In this document: piece by piece, positions 25,250-39,500 of the stretch
How the letters are laid out: each line of letters begins with the position of its first letter
How positions within the stretch are numbered: the first letter of the stretch is position 1
Assembly: GCA_951406725.2 (NCBI GenBank)
Contig: OX597820.1
Coordinates: forward strand, 80,290,001-80,354,000
Reading direction: 5' to 3'
From: Octopus vulgaris
Lineage: Eukaryota
DNA: 64,000 nt
Program-made: the position numbers and the translations under genes
The notes under the pieces: model-generated
Told to the model about the DNA's origin: nothing
Database searches by the model: none
The model's input: the letters and a program-made list of their open reading frames with translations, nothing else

Positions 25250-26722
25250 TTATTTCCATTGGCTTCTGGACTGGCATTGCTGCAACACTCTTGAAAGGGA
25301 GTAAAACTTTTCACATTATATTCAGGCTTCCAGTTCCTTTGAGTGAAACAATTGTGTGCAATGTTCCACCAAATTCTGATCAAGGAAACATTCTTAGGCG
25401 AGTAAAAGTCTTCATTATTGACGAAGCTTCAATGCTACCAGTTTATGCTTTGAAAGCTATAGATAATTGTTTAAGAGATATTATGATTAGTAATAGTATA
25501 TTTAAAGGGAAAATTATCGTATTATGAGGAGATTTTAGACCAGTTCTTCCAGTTGTTCCCAGATCTCTTCCTACAGCTGTATTTGATGCCTGCCTCAGAC
25601 GCTCCTCTATGTGGGATAATTTTCATCAAATGCAACTTACGCAAAACATAACAACAAATACAAATGAACAAGATTTTTCGAGGTGGCTAATACAACTTGG
25701 AAGTGGAATTCTTCAAAGCTCTCTTGATAATCTAGCAGAAGATACCTTTGATATTCCTGAGGCGTCCATATGTAACAGTTCTTTGGTATCTGATATATTT
25801 GACAATTGTACAGCAGAAGAAATGAAAAATAGAGTGATCTTTTCCCCTAATAATTCGGACTGCTTAGCAGTAAATGAAGAAATTCTAAGTAGATTGCCCA
25901 CTGAAACTAAGACATATCTAAGCACCGACTCAGTAACTTCTGATAATGAAGAAGAAGTCCAGAATTGTCCCATGGAGTTTATAAACTCCCTTACACCTTC
26001 TGGGATGCCTCTCCATCGCCTTAACTTAAAAGTTGGAGCAATTATTATGCTTCTTAGAAACCTCTCTGAATCACAAGATCTATACAGCGGAACTCGCTTG
26101 AAAGTACTTCAGCTCCACGAGCATATAATCGAAGCGTCAATTATAAGTGGATCTCATTCCCACACGAAAGTACTGATTCCAAGAATCAAACTTACTCCAA
26201 GCGATGCAAACATTCCATTCGTTCTACATCGGACCCAGTTCCCGGCTCGTCTGTCCTATTCTATAACAATCAATAAAGCACATGGGGCAAGCATTCGATA
26301 GAGTTGGCATACACTTGCCACACCCATGATTCACTCATGGCCAGCGTCACGTAACTTTTTCAAGAGCAAGGGCGATGAACAGTGTGACGGTTAAAGTGAT
26401 ACCTCAAAACGAATGCACTCATGGTCGCAGAAGGGGAATCCCCTATACTAGAAACATTGTATAAAGGCGGCGAGCTGGCAGAAACGTTAGCACACCGGGC
26501 GAAATGTTTAGCGGTATTTCGTCTGCCGTTACGTTCTGAGTTCAAATTTCACCCAGGTCGACTTTGCCTTTCATCCTTTCGGGGTCGATAAATTAAGTAC
26601 CAGTTACGCACTGGGGTCGATGTAATCGACTTAATCCCTTTGTCCTTGTTTGTCTCCTCTCTGTATAGCCCCTTGTGGGCAATAAAGAAGTAAGAAACAT
26701 TGCATATAGAGAAGTGCTGTAA
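25250..26722 (+). pseudogene. Helitron Pif1-like helicase C-terminal fragment, disrupted, with a SINE insertion
   Basis: TGIAATLL, VFIIDEASM, GDFRPVLPVV, LTPSGMPLHRLNLKVGAIIMLLRNL, GTRL, IPRI, QFPARLSYSITINKAHG and terminal NI.YREVL*. Contains stops and frameshifts. Confidence 0.88.
26464..26692 (+). mobile_element. SINE family B monomer (tail 1) in the Helitron helicase
   Basis: TSD AGAAACATTG(T/C)ATA at 26450-26463 and 26693-26706. Confidence 0.88.
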
Positions 26723-27184
26723 TGGAAGTATCTAACAAATACTTTCACACAATAACTTAATTAAATTATTAATAAATATAACATAAAGGATAATAAAAGT
26801 TTTTATTAACCAAAATAGTGCAAATTAAACAATTTTAATTAAATGATAACTATTCATTGGGCGATATTTAAATTATCCGTGAATTCTTTCAAGGGTCCAG
26901 TTAGTATAGTATTACTCCTCCACCTTTATGACTGTCTGGTTTCTAATGCAGGTGCTACAAATTCGCGCACAATATCAATGGTGTATTTCGTAATTAAATT
27001 GCTTGAATGACATACAACCAATTCAAAACAGCTGCATTATATTATTAAAGAAAGTTGATTAGTAATTAGTTATGAGTATGCAACGTTTACTAAAAGAAAT
27101 TAATGATTAAAACGTACATTGTCCAGAAAATTCTTGAAAATTCTAATTTATGTGTGTGAATATATATATATATATATATATATT

Positions 27185-27577
27185 CTTATTATTCTTTTAT
27201 TCTTTTATTTGCTTCAGTCATTTGACTGAGGCCATACTGGAGTACCACCTTTAGTCGAATAAAACGACCCCAGAACTTACTCCTTGTAAGCCTAGTACTT
27301 ATTCTAGCAGTCTCTTTTGCCGAACTGCTAGATTACGGGTACGTAAACACACCAAAATCGGTTGTCAAGCGATGGTGGAGGGACAAACACAGATACACAA
27401 ATTATACATATATATACGATAGGCTTCTTTCAGTTTCCGTCTACCAAATCCACTCATAAGGCTTTGGTTGGCCCGAGGCTGTAGTAGATATTTGCCCAAG
27501 GTCCCACACAGTGAGTCTGAACCGACATCCTGTGGTTGGTAAGTAAGCTATTTACCACACAGTCACTCCTGCGCCTA
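27185..27577 (-). mobile_element. SINE family A, full length
   Basis: Collinear with 4582-4977. Confidence 0.85.
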
Positions 27578-27581
27578 TCTT

Positions 27582-27641
<60 letters not shown>

Positions 27642-27851
27642 TTGGTTTGCAAGATTCTTTATGTGAATTCGTGTGTTGAAGCATATTTTATTGTGTCTGG
27701 GGAGAGTCATTCTCTTTTAAAGCCTTATTAATTTAACACACTCAAAGACTATTGAAAAGGTTGCCAGTCGTAACGAAAATTTTGGTAAAAATAAATGAGT
27801 GGAAATCGGTGAGCGTTTTAAATTAATAAGGCTTTAAAAGACAGTTACTCT

Positions 27852-28056
27852 AAGGCGGCGAACTGGCAAAAACGTTAGCACGCCTTATCGGTATTTCGTC
27901 TGCCGCTCCGTTCTGAGTTCAAATTCCGCCGAGGTCGACTTTGCCTTTTATCCTTTCGGGATCGATAAATTAAGTACCAGTTACATACTGAGGTCGATCT
28001 AATCGACTAGCCCCCTCCCCCAAAGTTTCGGGCCTTGTGCCTAGAGTAGAAAAAAA
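27852..28056 (+). mobile_element. SINE family B monomer (tail 2)
   Basis: Family B head and core, tail GGCCTTGTGCCTAGAGTAGAAAA. Confidence 0.82.
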
Positions 28057-28423
28057 AGATTTTCAATTTTTCTTTATTATTTATTTCAACAACACGATTC
28101 GATCAGAAAATTCCTTTTAATTCACTTGCTTTTTAACAAAGCAAGATAGTCTTACATTCTTTTCCTTTTCTCTCTTTCTTTCTTTCTTTTTTCTTTTCTT
28201 TCTTTTTTTCCTTTTTTTTTTCTCACACACTTCATGACAATGACACAATTAATAAACATTTTATTCTGTTTGCACTTCTTGAAATATAAACTTTGCTCAA
28301 GCATTTCCAACAAAGCTTTCTGCAGACAGATAAGTAAAAACATTTCCCCAAGTGATAAGCTTGCTCCAGCATCACCCAAATTATGTAGATTCCAGTATCC
28401 TTTCAGATTCGCTGAATGTTTTT

Positions 28424-28546
28424 GAAGAAGAAGAAGAAGAAGAAGAAGAAGAAGAAGAAGAAGAAGAAGAAGAAGAAGAAGAAGAAGAAGAAGAAGAAGA
28501 AGAAGAAGAAGAAGAAGAAGAAGAAGAAGAAGAAGAAGAAGAAGAA
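28424..28546. repeat. Pure (GAA)n tract, ~40 units
   Basis: Directly visible. Confidence 0.97.
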
Positions 28547-30757
28547 TGGTATTGTTCCTAAATCAGACTAGTTTCATTTCCTCCCAACTGAAGTATTTGA
28601 TTGTTGTGCAGAATGTTTTTTTTTTTTAATAGCCATCATAGAAAACTTTTCCACTACACAATAAGGATTATAACATGAAATCTGTTATATATTTCTGATA
28701 ATTAATTCCTTTGCTGAGATCTGCAGTGTTCGGGTTATCATAGTTCACATGATGAACGGGAATAGAATACCATTTCCCATCTCTTTACATTTGTAGTTGA
28801 GTGTTTATTTAGGTTGTTAATACCAAAGTGCACATGCACATACATACATGCACACATACACACTGATATATGTGTGTGCGCATATGTATTACGAATGCAT
28901 GATGTACGTATGTATTTGGAAGGAAAAATAATGCTGAGGAAATCACTTATACAATCACTCGTGTTCGAACCATGTGCATAAGATTATCGATATGGTTCTT
29001 CTTCTCCTAACACGTTCTATGGGTGCAGTCTAGTTCAGTGTTATGGAAAGATATATACGTATCTTCTGATATGTAAATATGTGATAAACTGAAGATTTTT
29101 ATGTGATCCAGTCAGCTTGATTCCTGATATGAATTTTAATGTTGTCTTAAAGCGTTCTAAATTTATTTATTGAACGAGTGAATGCTATTAGACGAATAAA
29201 GGTAAGAAGAGAAATTGAATATAACTCATCAGACATATTAAACAACTGGGAATTAGATGTATAAATATTATTTAGAGTGGAGCAGCTGAAACCACCCGAA
29301 AAGTGATGTTTCTGCTATCATTAAATATGAACATAGAATGTAGGGAAAGTCAAAACAGTTTTATTCTACTGAAACTAATATCGAAAGAATATTTTATATT
29401 TTATTCTTGAATTATCCGATTCTTACAGTAATTCGAAGAATGAGTAGGAACCATTTCTGGAAATGAATTCATTGGTTTAATGCGTGAGGATATCTGAGCA
29501 GCGAACTTGCAATACATGAAACTATAAAAGAAAATATATTTGATACCCAGCTTATATGATATTAGATAATCCCCCATCATAAGTTTGGGAATTTTGAACA
29601 CTCATGTCAGCACCTGGAGATACACGATATTTATGGTTTTAATAGGGAATATTCAGCTTTTGTGTATCCTGCATAAATTTGAACTTGAGCAAAACAGGAT
29701 TCTTTAAAAGGTTTGCCCTCAAATGCATTATTTGCTCTTGAGATTTACTGACTGACTTAGCAAGGCTTCTGTTCAATGGAAATTGAAGTCATTTAAATAA
29801 AATGAGCAAATCTGTCGGAATGGGTGGAATTCTGAATATAATTGCACTTTCTCTTTTAAAATATCCAATGAGAATCGTTGTCTCATTGACATGAGACATA
29901 TACTGAATATAAATTATGCACAAATTTTATCGGTAACCTTGTTTTGGTTCAAGTCTTTGAAGCTATAGCCTTGATGATTGCAAGAATGTTTTTAATAAAG
30001 GATAAATTACCGCTTTCTATTGCAGAACAGTATGCGTTGATTTACAGAAATGACTGTTTCCTAAAAATACCTTCAACATGTTGTCAGTTGATGTCATTGT
30101 CTCAAACATTTTGGAGTGCAGGTTTTGCTCAGTCACTTGTGTTGTAGGCCATAAAAAGACATTGCGAGGTAAGAAACATCATCATATCAATCCCTTTGCT
30201 ACCTTAATAATTAAATGCGCCATTATTGTCAATACTTAAAAAGCAACTGCAATAGCTACCTTTATATGCAAATAAAATATGGAAAACAACAAACTACACA
30301 GAAATGTGTTTCCAGTTGCACAACCTCTTAATCTATTAAAATTAAGTTAGACCTTTCTCTCGAATCTTCTATTGATAACCCATTGACTTCAGTGCACTTG
30401 GACTGAGATGGGCCATAGTCTTCAAGTTCCAGGCTATTTTTATTCTTTATATTCTCAGTTTAGATTAGGGTTTATCTCTAGAGTTGAAGACTGACTTCAC
30501 ATGAGTTGTATCTGTACCACGAGTCCACATAAATGATTCCTTCTACAACTTTGTATAACTTATTTCTTTGCCGAGTTAAATCTGTTTTACTCGATTCTTG
30601 AAATCTCCGGTATTGTCATCGCGATATTTCAGCTAAAGCCGAAGTCAGTAAGCTCACAGCGGTTTAACAGCAAGGCGAGAGAGAACTCGGTTGGATGTTT
30701 GTGATTCAAGAAAGAAAATGGGAGAGAAAGAAAGAGGGGGAGGGAGGGGGAGCTGGT

Positions 30758-30799
<42 letters not shown>

Positions 30800-31078
30800 A
30801 AGAGAAAGGTCTTACAAACAACAGAAATGAACAAATGAAAAATAGATTGAGAAAAAACTGAAATCAGTAAAGGTTTCATTGGAAAGCCACGAGGAGAGTG
30901 AAAAATGAAACAAGGACTCAGTACTATGGTGGAGTTTCGATAGCTAAATACCCAAGAAAGAGAAGTAGCGGATGGCCATGTTCGTATACACATGAATGCC
31001 ATTTGGCTTCTATTATACTCAATAGAGAGTCACATGACCAAAAGACATACGTTTCTCATATGTATGATATATAAGATA

Positions 31079-31158
<80 letters not shown>

Positions 31159-31201
31159 TATGAAGCAAGGTTTGAAAATGCAATTTTAAAACGTGTTTAT
31201 T

Positions 31202-31244
31202 TACTTTACCGGTTTCACATTTTAGAAATAGATTGTCAAAAGTA
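31202..31244 (-). ncRNA. Degenerate U3-A8 variant hammerhead motif
   Basis: Reverse complement reads tactt-TTGACAA-(weak stem II)-GAAA-ccgg-TA-aagta, then AATAAA and (TA)n. Confidence 0.45.
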
Positions 31245-31252
31245 ACATGTAA

Positions 31253-31560
31253 AAGCTTGGTTGTGTTAGTAACTGGTTGTCACAAAATACTACAATACAT
31301 ATATTCATTCTTTGATAACAAGAACATGTTAAGAACATTTTACAAGGGAAAATCTTGGGAAAAATATTAAAAAGTTTAACAAGTTCATCAAAATATTGGG
31401 CACAAAAGCTTGGCTGTGCCAGGTACTGGTTATCACAAAATATTACAATATACATATACATTCCTTGATAATAAGAACATGTTAAGAACGACTTACAAGG
31501 GAAAATCTTGGGAAAATATAAAAAAGTTTAACAAGTCCATTATAATATTGGGCACAAAAG
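31253..31560. repeat. Diverged ~155-bp tandem duplication next to the HHR-like motif
   Basis: AAAGCTTGG...AAGAACATGTTAAGAAC...GGGAAAATCTTGGGAAAA...TTGGGCACAAAAG occurs twice. Confidence 0.8.
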
Positions 31561-32484
31561 ATTACAACATATATATACATTCTCAAAACAATGTTAAAGA
31601 TAGTTTCCAGAAGGAATTATTAAAAAGTTCAGTGGAATATTGGTATTGTATCTGTATATACATACACGCACGGAATATTATAAGTTCAAAAAAGTTTACA
31701 GCTTGAACTGACCTGGTTCACCATGTTATCGTATTTTACAAAAGAATAAGTTCTTAAATCTCCAATGCCCAGCAGAGAAGAGAAATTTAGGCAGAGAAGG
31801 AATAGAAAGGGGTAAGAGAGAAAGCTGTTTTCCTAAGTTCTGGCACGAAATTTCATATCCTTTTCTCAGCCATGGTATATAGACTTAACTGAAATCGTGA
31901 ACTGCACAGTAAATTTTTAGTCGTCGAAAAACAGTTCTATGTTGTAAACAACAGCTGTAATAAAACGTTCACAAAGTGGAATAAGTTGCTTTGCTGGGAG
32001 GAAGGAGATAAATCTTTCTTACGTACGATCTTCATTTACCCATCACAGCGGAAAAACAATTCCCGTTGCTCCAAGGTAAATAAATTATTCATCTATGTTA
32101 ACTGCTTATATGCTTATACATGCAGCCTCGTTTATAAATAATTCATTCATCGCTGTTCCGGAAAAACACTGTATACTCAATAGTGAACCGTATTACGCTT
32201 ACCACGGATTGATCTGTGATAACATGGGCCAACGATCAATCGAAAATTCTGCTTGTACTGCACAAACACATTCCAAAGCTATCCACACTGCTCAGTTACC
32301 CAGAATGCACTGGCTCTAACTTGCATTTATATGACAGCACTGCGAGGTTGTGTATTTTTTATTTGGATCTACTCGTACCTATCAACATAGAATCAGCGAA
32401 AAACTACGAAGGCGCGTGATCCTGACAAACGATTCTCAAGTGGAAACGGTGGAGGTGATCACGAAAGAGAAGCGCTGGTAGGGA

Positions 32485-33042
32485 CAATGCAGGACAATGC
32501 CCCATGTCACAAGGCTAAGGTGGTCATGAACTTCCTCAAGGCTGAAAAGGTTATTATAATGGATTGGCCTGCTCAAAGCCCAGATCTCAATCCTATTGAA
32601 AATGTATGGAATATTCTAGGAGAACGTTCGAAAGCCAGAAATCCTAAAACAACTGAGCAATTATGGAATGCCCTTCAGGAAGATCACCCAGCAAGAAATT
32701 GAAAATTTAATTTCCTCATGCAGTCAGAGTGTGATTGAAGCTAAAGCTAAAGGGCTTCACACTAAATATTAAATAATTCCAGTATTCTCTGTCATTTTTG
32801 ATTATTTTGTTATTTTTTCAACCGTTCTGATCATTTTGGCCGCCATGGATTTTGCAGTAAATCACTAAATCATCCATAACTTTTGTATTATCCTCTTTAA
32901 TTACACCAAAATCTCAGACAATAACAATTAATATTGTATTTATTGTTTGTGAAAATTACAGAATATAAAATAACTTTGATAAAAAATTATATCTACTTTT
33001 CTGACGAAAACAATGCCGTTCTGAACATTTTGGCCGCAACTG
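32485..33042 (+). mobile_element. 3' fragment of a Tc1-family transposon with IR/DR-type right end
   Basis: QDNAPCH...WPAQSPDLNPIENVW (Tc1 DD34E). Terminal CCGTTCTGAACATTTTGGCCGCAACTG + TA, with an inner direct repeat at 32822-32844. Confidence 0.85.
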
Positions 33043-33103
33043 TATATATATGTGTGTGTTTGTGTGTGTGTGTATGTATATATGTATGCGTATAAACGTG
33101 TAT

Positions 33104-33153
<50 letters not shown>

Positions 33154-33259
33154 TTATTAATACAAACTCGCACATATATACACACTAGCTCATGCACCAC
33201 CCATGTACACAAGTAAACACGCACCCCCTCATACACATACGTACATACATATACACACA

Positions 33260-33299
<40 letters not shown>

Positions 33300-33761
33300 A
33301 CAGTCTAACTTTACACAAACATACATTAACGCACAACTTTCTAAATTTCATATTCACATACTGTAACGCACACTCACACATACACACTCACACGCGCACA
33401 TACATTCGCAGACACGCCCCCCCCCCACCCACACACACACAAACGCAAGCACAGACATAACATTCTACACTTCACACATTTTCTATATGACTCTAATTCT
33501 GTTGTATGTGTTTTTTTAGAAGCTGATAATTTTCTTCATCTTCCGCACCACGACTTCCATTACCATTTTTTTTTAATCTTTTAATCTCGATACTGGGTCT
33601 GATCGAAGGTCGTACACAATATTTCTGGAAAAAAAAATACTTATTCATTACACGTATTAGCGAGATAAATAAAATAAATTGCTTCACCTTGTAGAGATGC
33701 TAAGGTGATGTTGTATATGTCATTTTCTAAAGACAGCAGCCGAATGTGTTAAATATAAAAA

Positions 33762-34142
33762 AACGTGGTACTCTGTCGGGTACGACGACGAGAGTTCCAG
33801 TTCATCCCACCAACAGAACAGCCTGCTCGTGAAATTAACGTGCAAGTGGCTGAGCACTCCACAGACACGTGTACCATTAATGAAGTTCTCGGGGAGATTC
33901 AATGTGACACAGAGTGTGACATGGCTGACCCTTTGAAATACAGGTATAACGGAAACAGGAAGAAAGAGTGAATGAAAGTTGTAGTGAAAGAGTAGAGCAG
34001 GGTTCGCCACCACCCCCTGCCGGAGTCTCGTGGGGCTTTAATTATTTTACCTCAAACACTCACAACGCCCGGTCTGGGAATCGAAACCACGATCCTACGA
34101 CTGCAAGTCCGCTGCCCTAACTACTGTGCCATTGCACCTCCA
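33762..34142 (-). mobile_element. tRNA-derived SINE family C
   Basis: Minus-strand head GGAGGTGCAATGGCACAGTAGTTAGGG...GGTTTCGATTCCC (A and B boxes), with a body unrelated to families A and B. Confidence 0.65.
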
Positions 34143-34151
34143 TATTAAATA

Positions 34152-34553
34152 TACTTTTCTATTCTAGGCACAAGGCCTGAAATTTTGGGGGAGTGGGGAC
34201 CAGTCGATTAGATCGATCCAAGTACGCAACTAGTACTTAATTTATCGACCCCAAAAGGAAGAAAGGCAAAGTCGACCCCGGCGGAATTTGAACTCAGAAC
34301 GTAACGGCAGACGAAATACCTATTTCTTTACTAGCCACAGGGGGCTAAACACAGAGAGGACAAACAAGAACAGACAAACGGATTAAGTCGATTATATCGA
34401 CCCCAGTGCGTAACTGGTACTTAATTTATCGACCCCGAAAGGATGAAAGGCAAAGTCGACCTCGACGGAATTTGAACTCAGAACGTAGCGGCAGACGAAA
34501 TACGGCTACGCATTTCGCCCGGAGTGCTAACGGTTCTGCCAGCTCACCACCCT
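34152..34553 (-). mobile_element. SINE family B dimer
   Basis: Same junction (reverse complement CAGACGAAATACCTATTTCTTTA). Flanking direct repeat ending TTAAATATA. Confidence 0.85.
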
Positions 34554-36382
34554 CCACATGTTAAATATAAGCAAAGATCGAGGAGTGAATCTAAATTGTA
34601 AATTAGTTTCATGTGAAGGGAAATATCAAAGAACAATTAAATTATGCTTCTATGCTTCTTTATACTTGATTTCAAATTCAAGATTCTAATCTTAAATATC
34701 ATGCAGAAATTAATATCGTCCTTATACTAATTGGCCACAGGGAGATGCCACGTGTTTGAAAATATCAAAAATATTACAACGACAGCTTTATAGCTGAATC
34801 AGAGGCTTAAATGCAGTGTACCCCGCTTACTTTCATGATATTTGAAACTGTTTGGAGGAAGGCAAACAGTAATTATCTGACCTGTAATCTTGCCTCAACT
34901 CTTCCAAAAATTGACTGAGCTGAAAATATCCTTTAGCTTTGGTCATTTTATAAAAAAAAATCTCTTATTCTCAAAAAGTAGAACAAAACACAAATTAGAA
35001 AAAAATATAACAGCTACAAAAAGATATAAACTTCATGATTCACCCACTGACTGCATAATGAAATTTTATGGTAATTCCTGCAATATTAATTATTCCCCAA
35101 AACAGAATTAATATTTTCTGCTTCTGCAATAATTCTTAAGCATTTCCTACAGCTACAATTCTCATATCCACCGCCAAAAGTATTTGATTTTAGCTCTGTA
35201 AAGAGATATTTGATGGAATATAGGGAAAAAATTATGAGGATCTGAAAAATTGTCTTTGTAAATAGTATTACTAGGAATGGTGTCACCGCTTCTTGCAGCT
35301 TAGGAAAGGTTTTTTTCAAACCCAATCGCTTTCTGAAGTTAACAGGAATAAAATTTTGAGTAGATATATCCTTTTCCGCGTTCAAAGGGTTAAATATCAA
35401 ATTGTCGACGGACGTCTTTAAAGAAATGCTCATATCAAGTGATGTAGTATGGGGTTTGCGTCATTTCTCAACCGCACAGGGGCCGCCAGTTCATATACAT
35501 GTGTTTGCTATATCCAAACCCCATATTACGTCACTACGTGCTGTCATATCTACCCAAATAAATCATATTTTCTCGGGATTTGTATAGAAGGTCCTGTCAG
35601 AAAGGGGATTTGTAAGCAAATTTTTATAGAAATTTCATTCTGTGGGAAAAGTTAAACCATTTTTGCACCTCCAAGGTTGTTAGCTATAAAATGATATAAT
35701 GCCCCATGTTTATGTTTAATTTTTTTCTTTCAATTCTTTAAATTGTTTCAGCTTCAAAGCTGCGGTCATGCTGAGGCACCACATAAAATCAGATAATTTT
35801 GTTTGTTTCTATTAACTTTCATTATAAATTCATTGTGCTTTTTAAAATAATTTAACGGTGTACTAACTGCGCTTCACTTTAAAATAGAGAATACTTCTAT
35901 TTTCCTTTTTAAAGCTGTTTTATGTTTCAATTTGTTTCCATTAAGCAAAGCCAGTAATTATTTATTTATTTGTTTTTTTGTTTTTATAATAAATTTTAGC
36001 ATATTTCAGTAGATTATCAAAACTAACTTTTTTTAACATTTTTTTTTTCAGCAGAAAACTAATGAATGTACCCTCAGATTAATCAATAACTTAATTTAAT
36101 TAGTCGCAAATTTTAGTAAAATAACCTGTTGAAATTATCAGCTAATCATAAGATAATCATAAAACTGTAAACACTTTTTTGGTTGCCATAAATGAATTAA
36201 TATGATCTCAGTGTCTCAGATCATATCTGTGAATCCGCTGTTTGCAATAATCTCTTCATCTCGGCCTAAGAGATCTGGAATTCCTGACACTCCTTATGAG
36301 TTTGACTTACGGGTTTAGAGCGATTAGCCCGTAATGGAGGTAATTTTAGCCGTTTACTATCACCCGTGGACACACATATATA

Positions 36383-36815
36383 TCTGGCTGTGTGGTAAGA
36401 AGCTTGCTTCCCAGCCACATGGTTCCAGGTTCAGTCTCATGGCATGGCACCTTCAGTAAGTGCCTTCTACTATAGCCTCGGGCCAACCGAAATCTTATGA
36501 GTGGATCTGGTAGACGGAAACTGAAAGAAGACTGTCGTATACACACACACATACACACACACACACACACACACATACATACAGTTATGTGTACGCGTCT
36601 TTGAGTCTGTGTTTGTCTCCCACCACCGAATGACAACTGGTGTTGGTGTGTTTACGTCCCAGTAACTTAGCGGTTGGGTAAAAGAGAACGATAGAATAAG
36701 TATCGAGCTTTGAATGATAAGAACTGGGGTCGATTAGTTGAACTAAAATTCTTCAAGGTGAGGCCCCACCATAAACGAAGTCTAATGAGTGAGACATGTA
36801 AATGTTACAAGATAT
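36383..36815 (+). mobile_element. SINE family A
   Basis: TGGCTGTGTGGTAAG head, internal (CA)n, diverged tail. Confidence 0.8.
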
Positions 36816-37019
36816 GTGTGTGTGTATGCGAGCGTGTGCGCGCACCCGCGTGTGTATTAGTCAATAAAATTCCTACACGGTTAAGTTCAGTAAATGATAT
36901 ATTCCAAGAAAGTCATAATGGGGAAACTAATTTTTCCGTTATGAAATTATGAAATAGTGTCGAAATTATTTTAGGGAAGCTCTGAACACCTCACCGCTAC
37001 TTCTAGCATATCAACGTAA

Positions 37020-37579
37020 GTCGCCATCGTCGTCGCCATCAGCAGCAGCAGCAGCAGCGGCAGCGGCAGCAGCAGTAGCAGCGGCAGTAGCGGCAGTAGC
37101 GGCATAAGCGGCAGCAGCGAAAGCAGCGGCAGAAGCGGCAGCGACGTAAGCGGCGGCAGCAGTGTAAGCGGCAGCAGTGACATAAGCGGAAGCAGTGGCA
37201 TAAGCGGCGGCAGCGGCATAAGCGGCGGCAGAGGCGTAAGCGGCGACAGCGGCGGAAATGACATAAGCGGCGGCAGCGGCGTAAGCGGCGGCAGTGGCAT
37301 AAGCGGTGGCAGCGGCGTAAGCGGCGGCATTGACCTAAGCGGCGGCAGCAGCGCAAGCGGTGGCAGTGGCGTAAGCGGCGGCAGTGGCATAAGCGGCGTA
37401 AGCGGTGGCAGTGACATAAGCGGCAGCAGTGGCATAAGTGGGGGCAGCGGCGTAAGCGGCGACAGCGGCGTAAACGGCGACAGCGGCGTAAACGGCGGCA
37501 GCGGCGTAAGCGGCGACAGCGGCGTAATCGGCGACAGCGGCGGCAGCAGAAGCAGCAGCAGAAGCAGCAGCAGTAGCAA
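37020..37579. repeat. GC-rich degenerate minisatellite (GCG/GCA triplets with ~18-bp GCGGCGGCAGCGGCGTAA period)
   Basis: Directly visible. (GCA)n at both edges, punctuated internally by TAA every 9-18 bp. Confidence 0.9.
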
Positions 37580-38179
37580 TCCTAGACATTACTGTCCTGA
37601 GTCCTATAACTCAAAGGGCTGTTAACTCGTTTTCTAAGGCGAAGTAGTGACCGAAACCGCAACATACCGCCTTGAACCTTGAACGGAACGATAGTCTGTC
37701 GCAGAGTTACTCATTTACAGTTGACTGAATGAACAAGAGAACATGAAATGAAATGTTTTGTCCAAGAAGACAACACACCGCCCAATCATGGAATTGAAAC
37801 CGACTTTCCCTGCAAATTTTCTGTCCTAATGAATTGAATGTAGGATAATGAGAGATTAGAAAAATAAAAACAATGGCCAAGTGTGAAAGTACATTGTATT
37901 CTTAATTCCCTTTTACAACCCATTCAGAAATATACCCTTCCTTTTTAATCCTGGTCCCTGACTAACAAGCCTTTAATTTCCAGCCATAGAAATTCATTCA
38001 CTCACTCCCCTCTCTAATAAACAATTTCCTTTCATGGTGAGAAGTTCTATCGTTTATATTTTATTTGTTTCAGTCGCTAGATTGTGGTCATAGAGGGGTT
38101 TAGTAGAACAAAGTGATCCTAGTAGAATCTTATTCTATCGGTCTCTTATGCATACATACATATACATATACATACATAC

Positions 38180-38242
<63 letters not shown>

Positions 38243-38955
38243 TGTATAAAAGATCGTGGGTAAGGACAAAATAATGCGAAGTAAATGCAAGGCAAATCAC
38301 AAGAGAACAAATATGTGAATTAATGTAGACTTACCTTGCATTCAATATTTCGGTGTTATTACCCCATTTTTAAGAAGATAACGAATGTTGCCGATGTGCG
38401 TGTGTGGAGTGGACATGCGCAAAAGGATGTTGCTATAGCAACCACCTAGCTTCCTGTAACTCACGTCTATTGTTGATGTCGGGTTTCTTTTGGTGTATGA
38501 GGATGGCCTCAGTGATTCTAAGGTTGCCCCTGTTCTGCTGTGTTGCCTTGATGTACATTGTGAATTCACGGGTCTAGCATTTAACTAGATGTTTCTTCAC
38601 GGAAGTGTCTGCCTGCATGTGTTACTTAATGCGTACATGCAGTTTTTCGCGTTGTGCTTCTGAAAAAGGGACAAACTTAGAATTTCTGAGGCTATCCTCA
38701 TACACCAAAACAAATCAAAACAAAACGAAACAAACCAAAACAAATCCAAGATCAACAATAGAAGGGAGTTACAGGAAGCTAGCTGATTGTTATATTCTCT
38801 ATCTGTTTATTTTCTCTTATTTCTTTCTGCTGAAGAGCGTAGGCTCGAAACGTATTTCCTGAGCGTCAAACTAATACATCAGCTTGTTGTTTATACACAT
38901 ATCTTTGTCTTTTGTTTTTCTGTAAATTTCAATTATATATACATATACATACATA

Positions 38956-39500
<545 letters not shown>

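Noticed and set aside
25609-26301. Host PIF1 helicase gene
   Set aside because: Intronless, disrupted and SINE-interrupted, with motifs and a C-terminus typical of Helitron RepHel.
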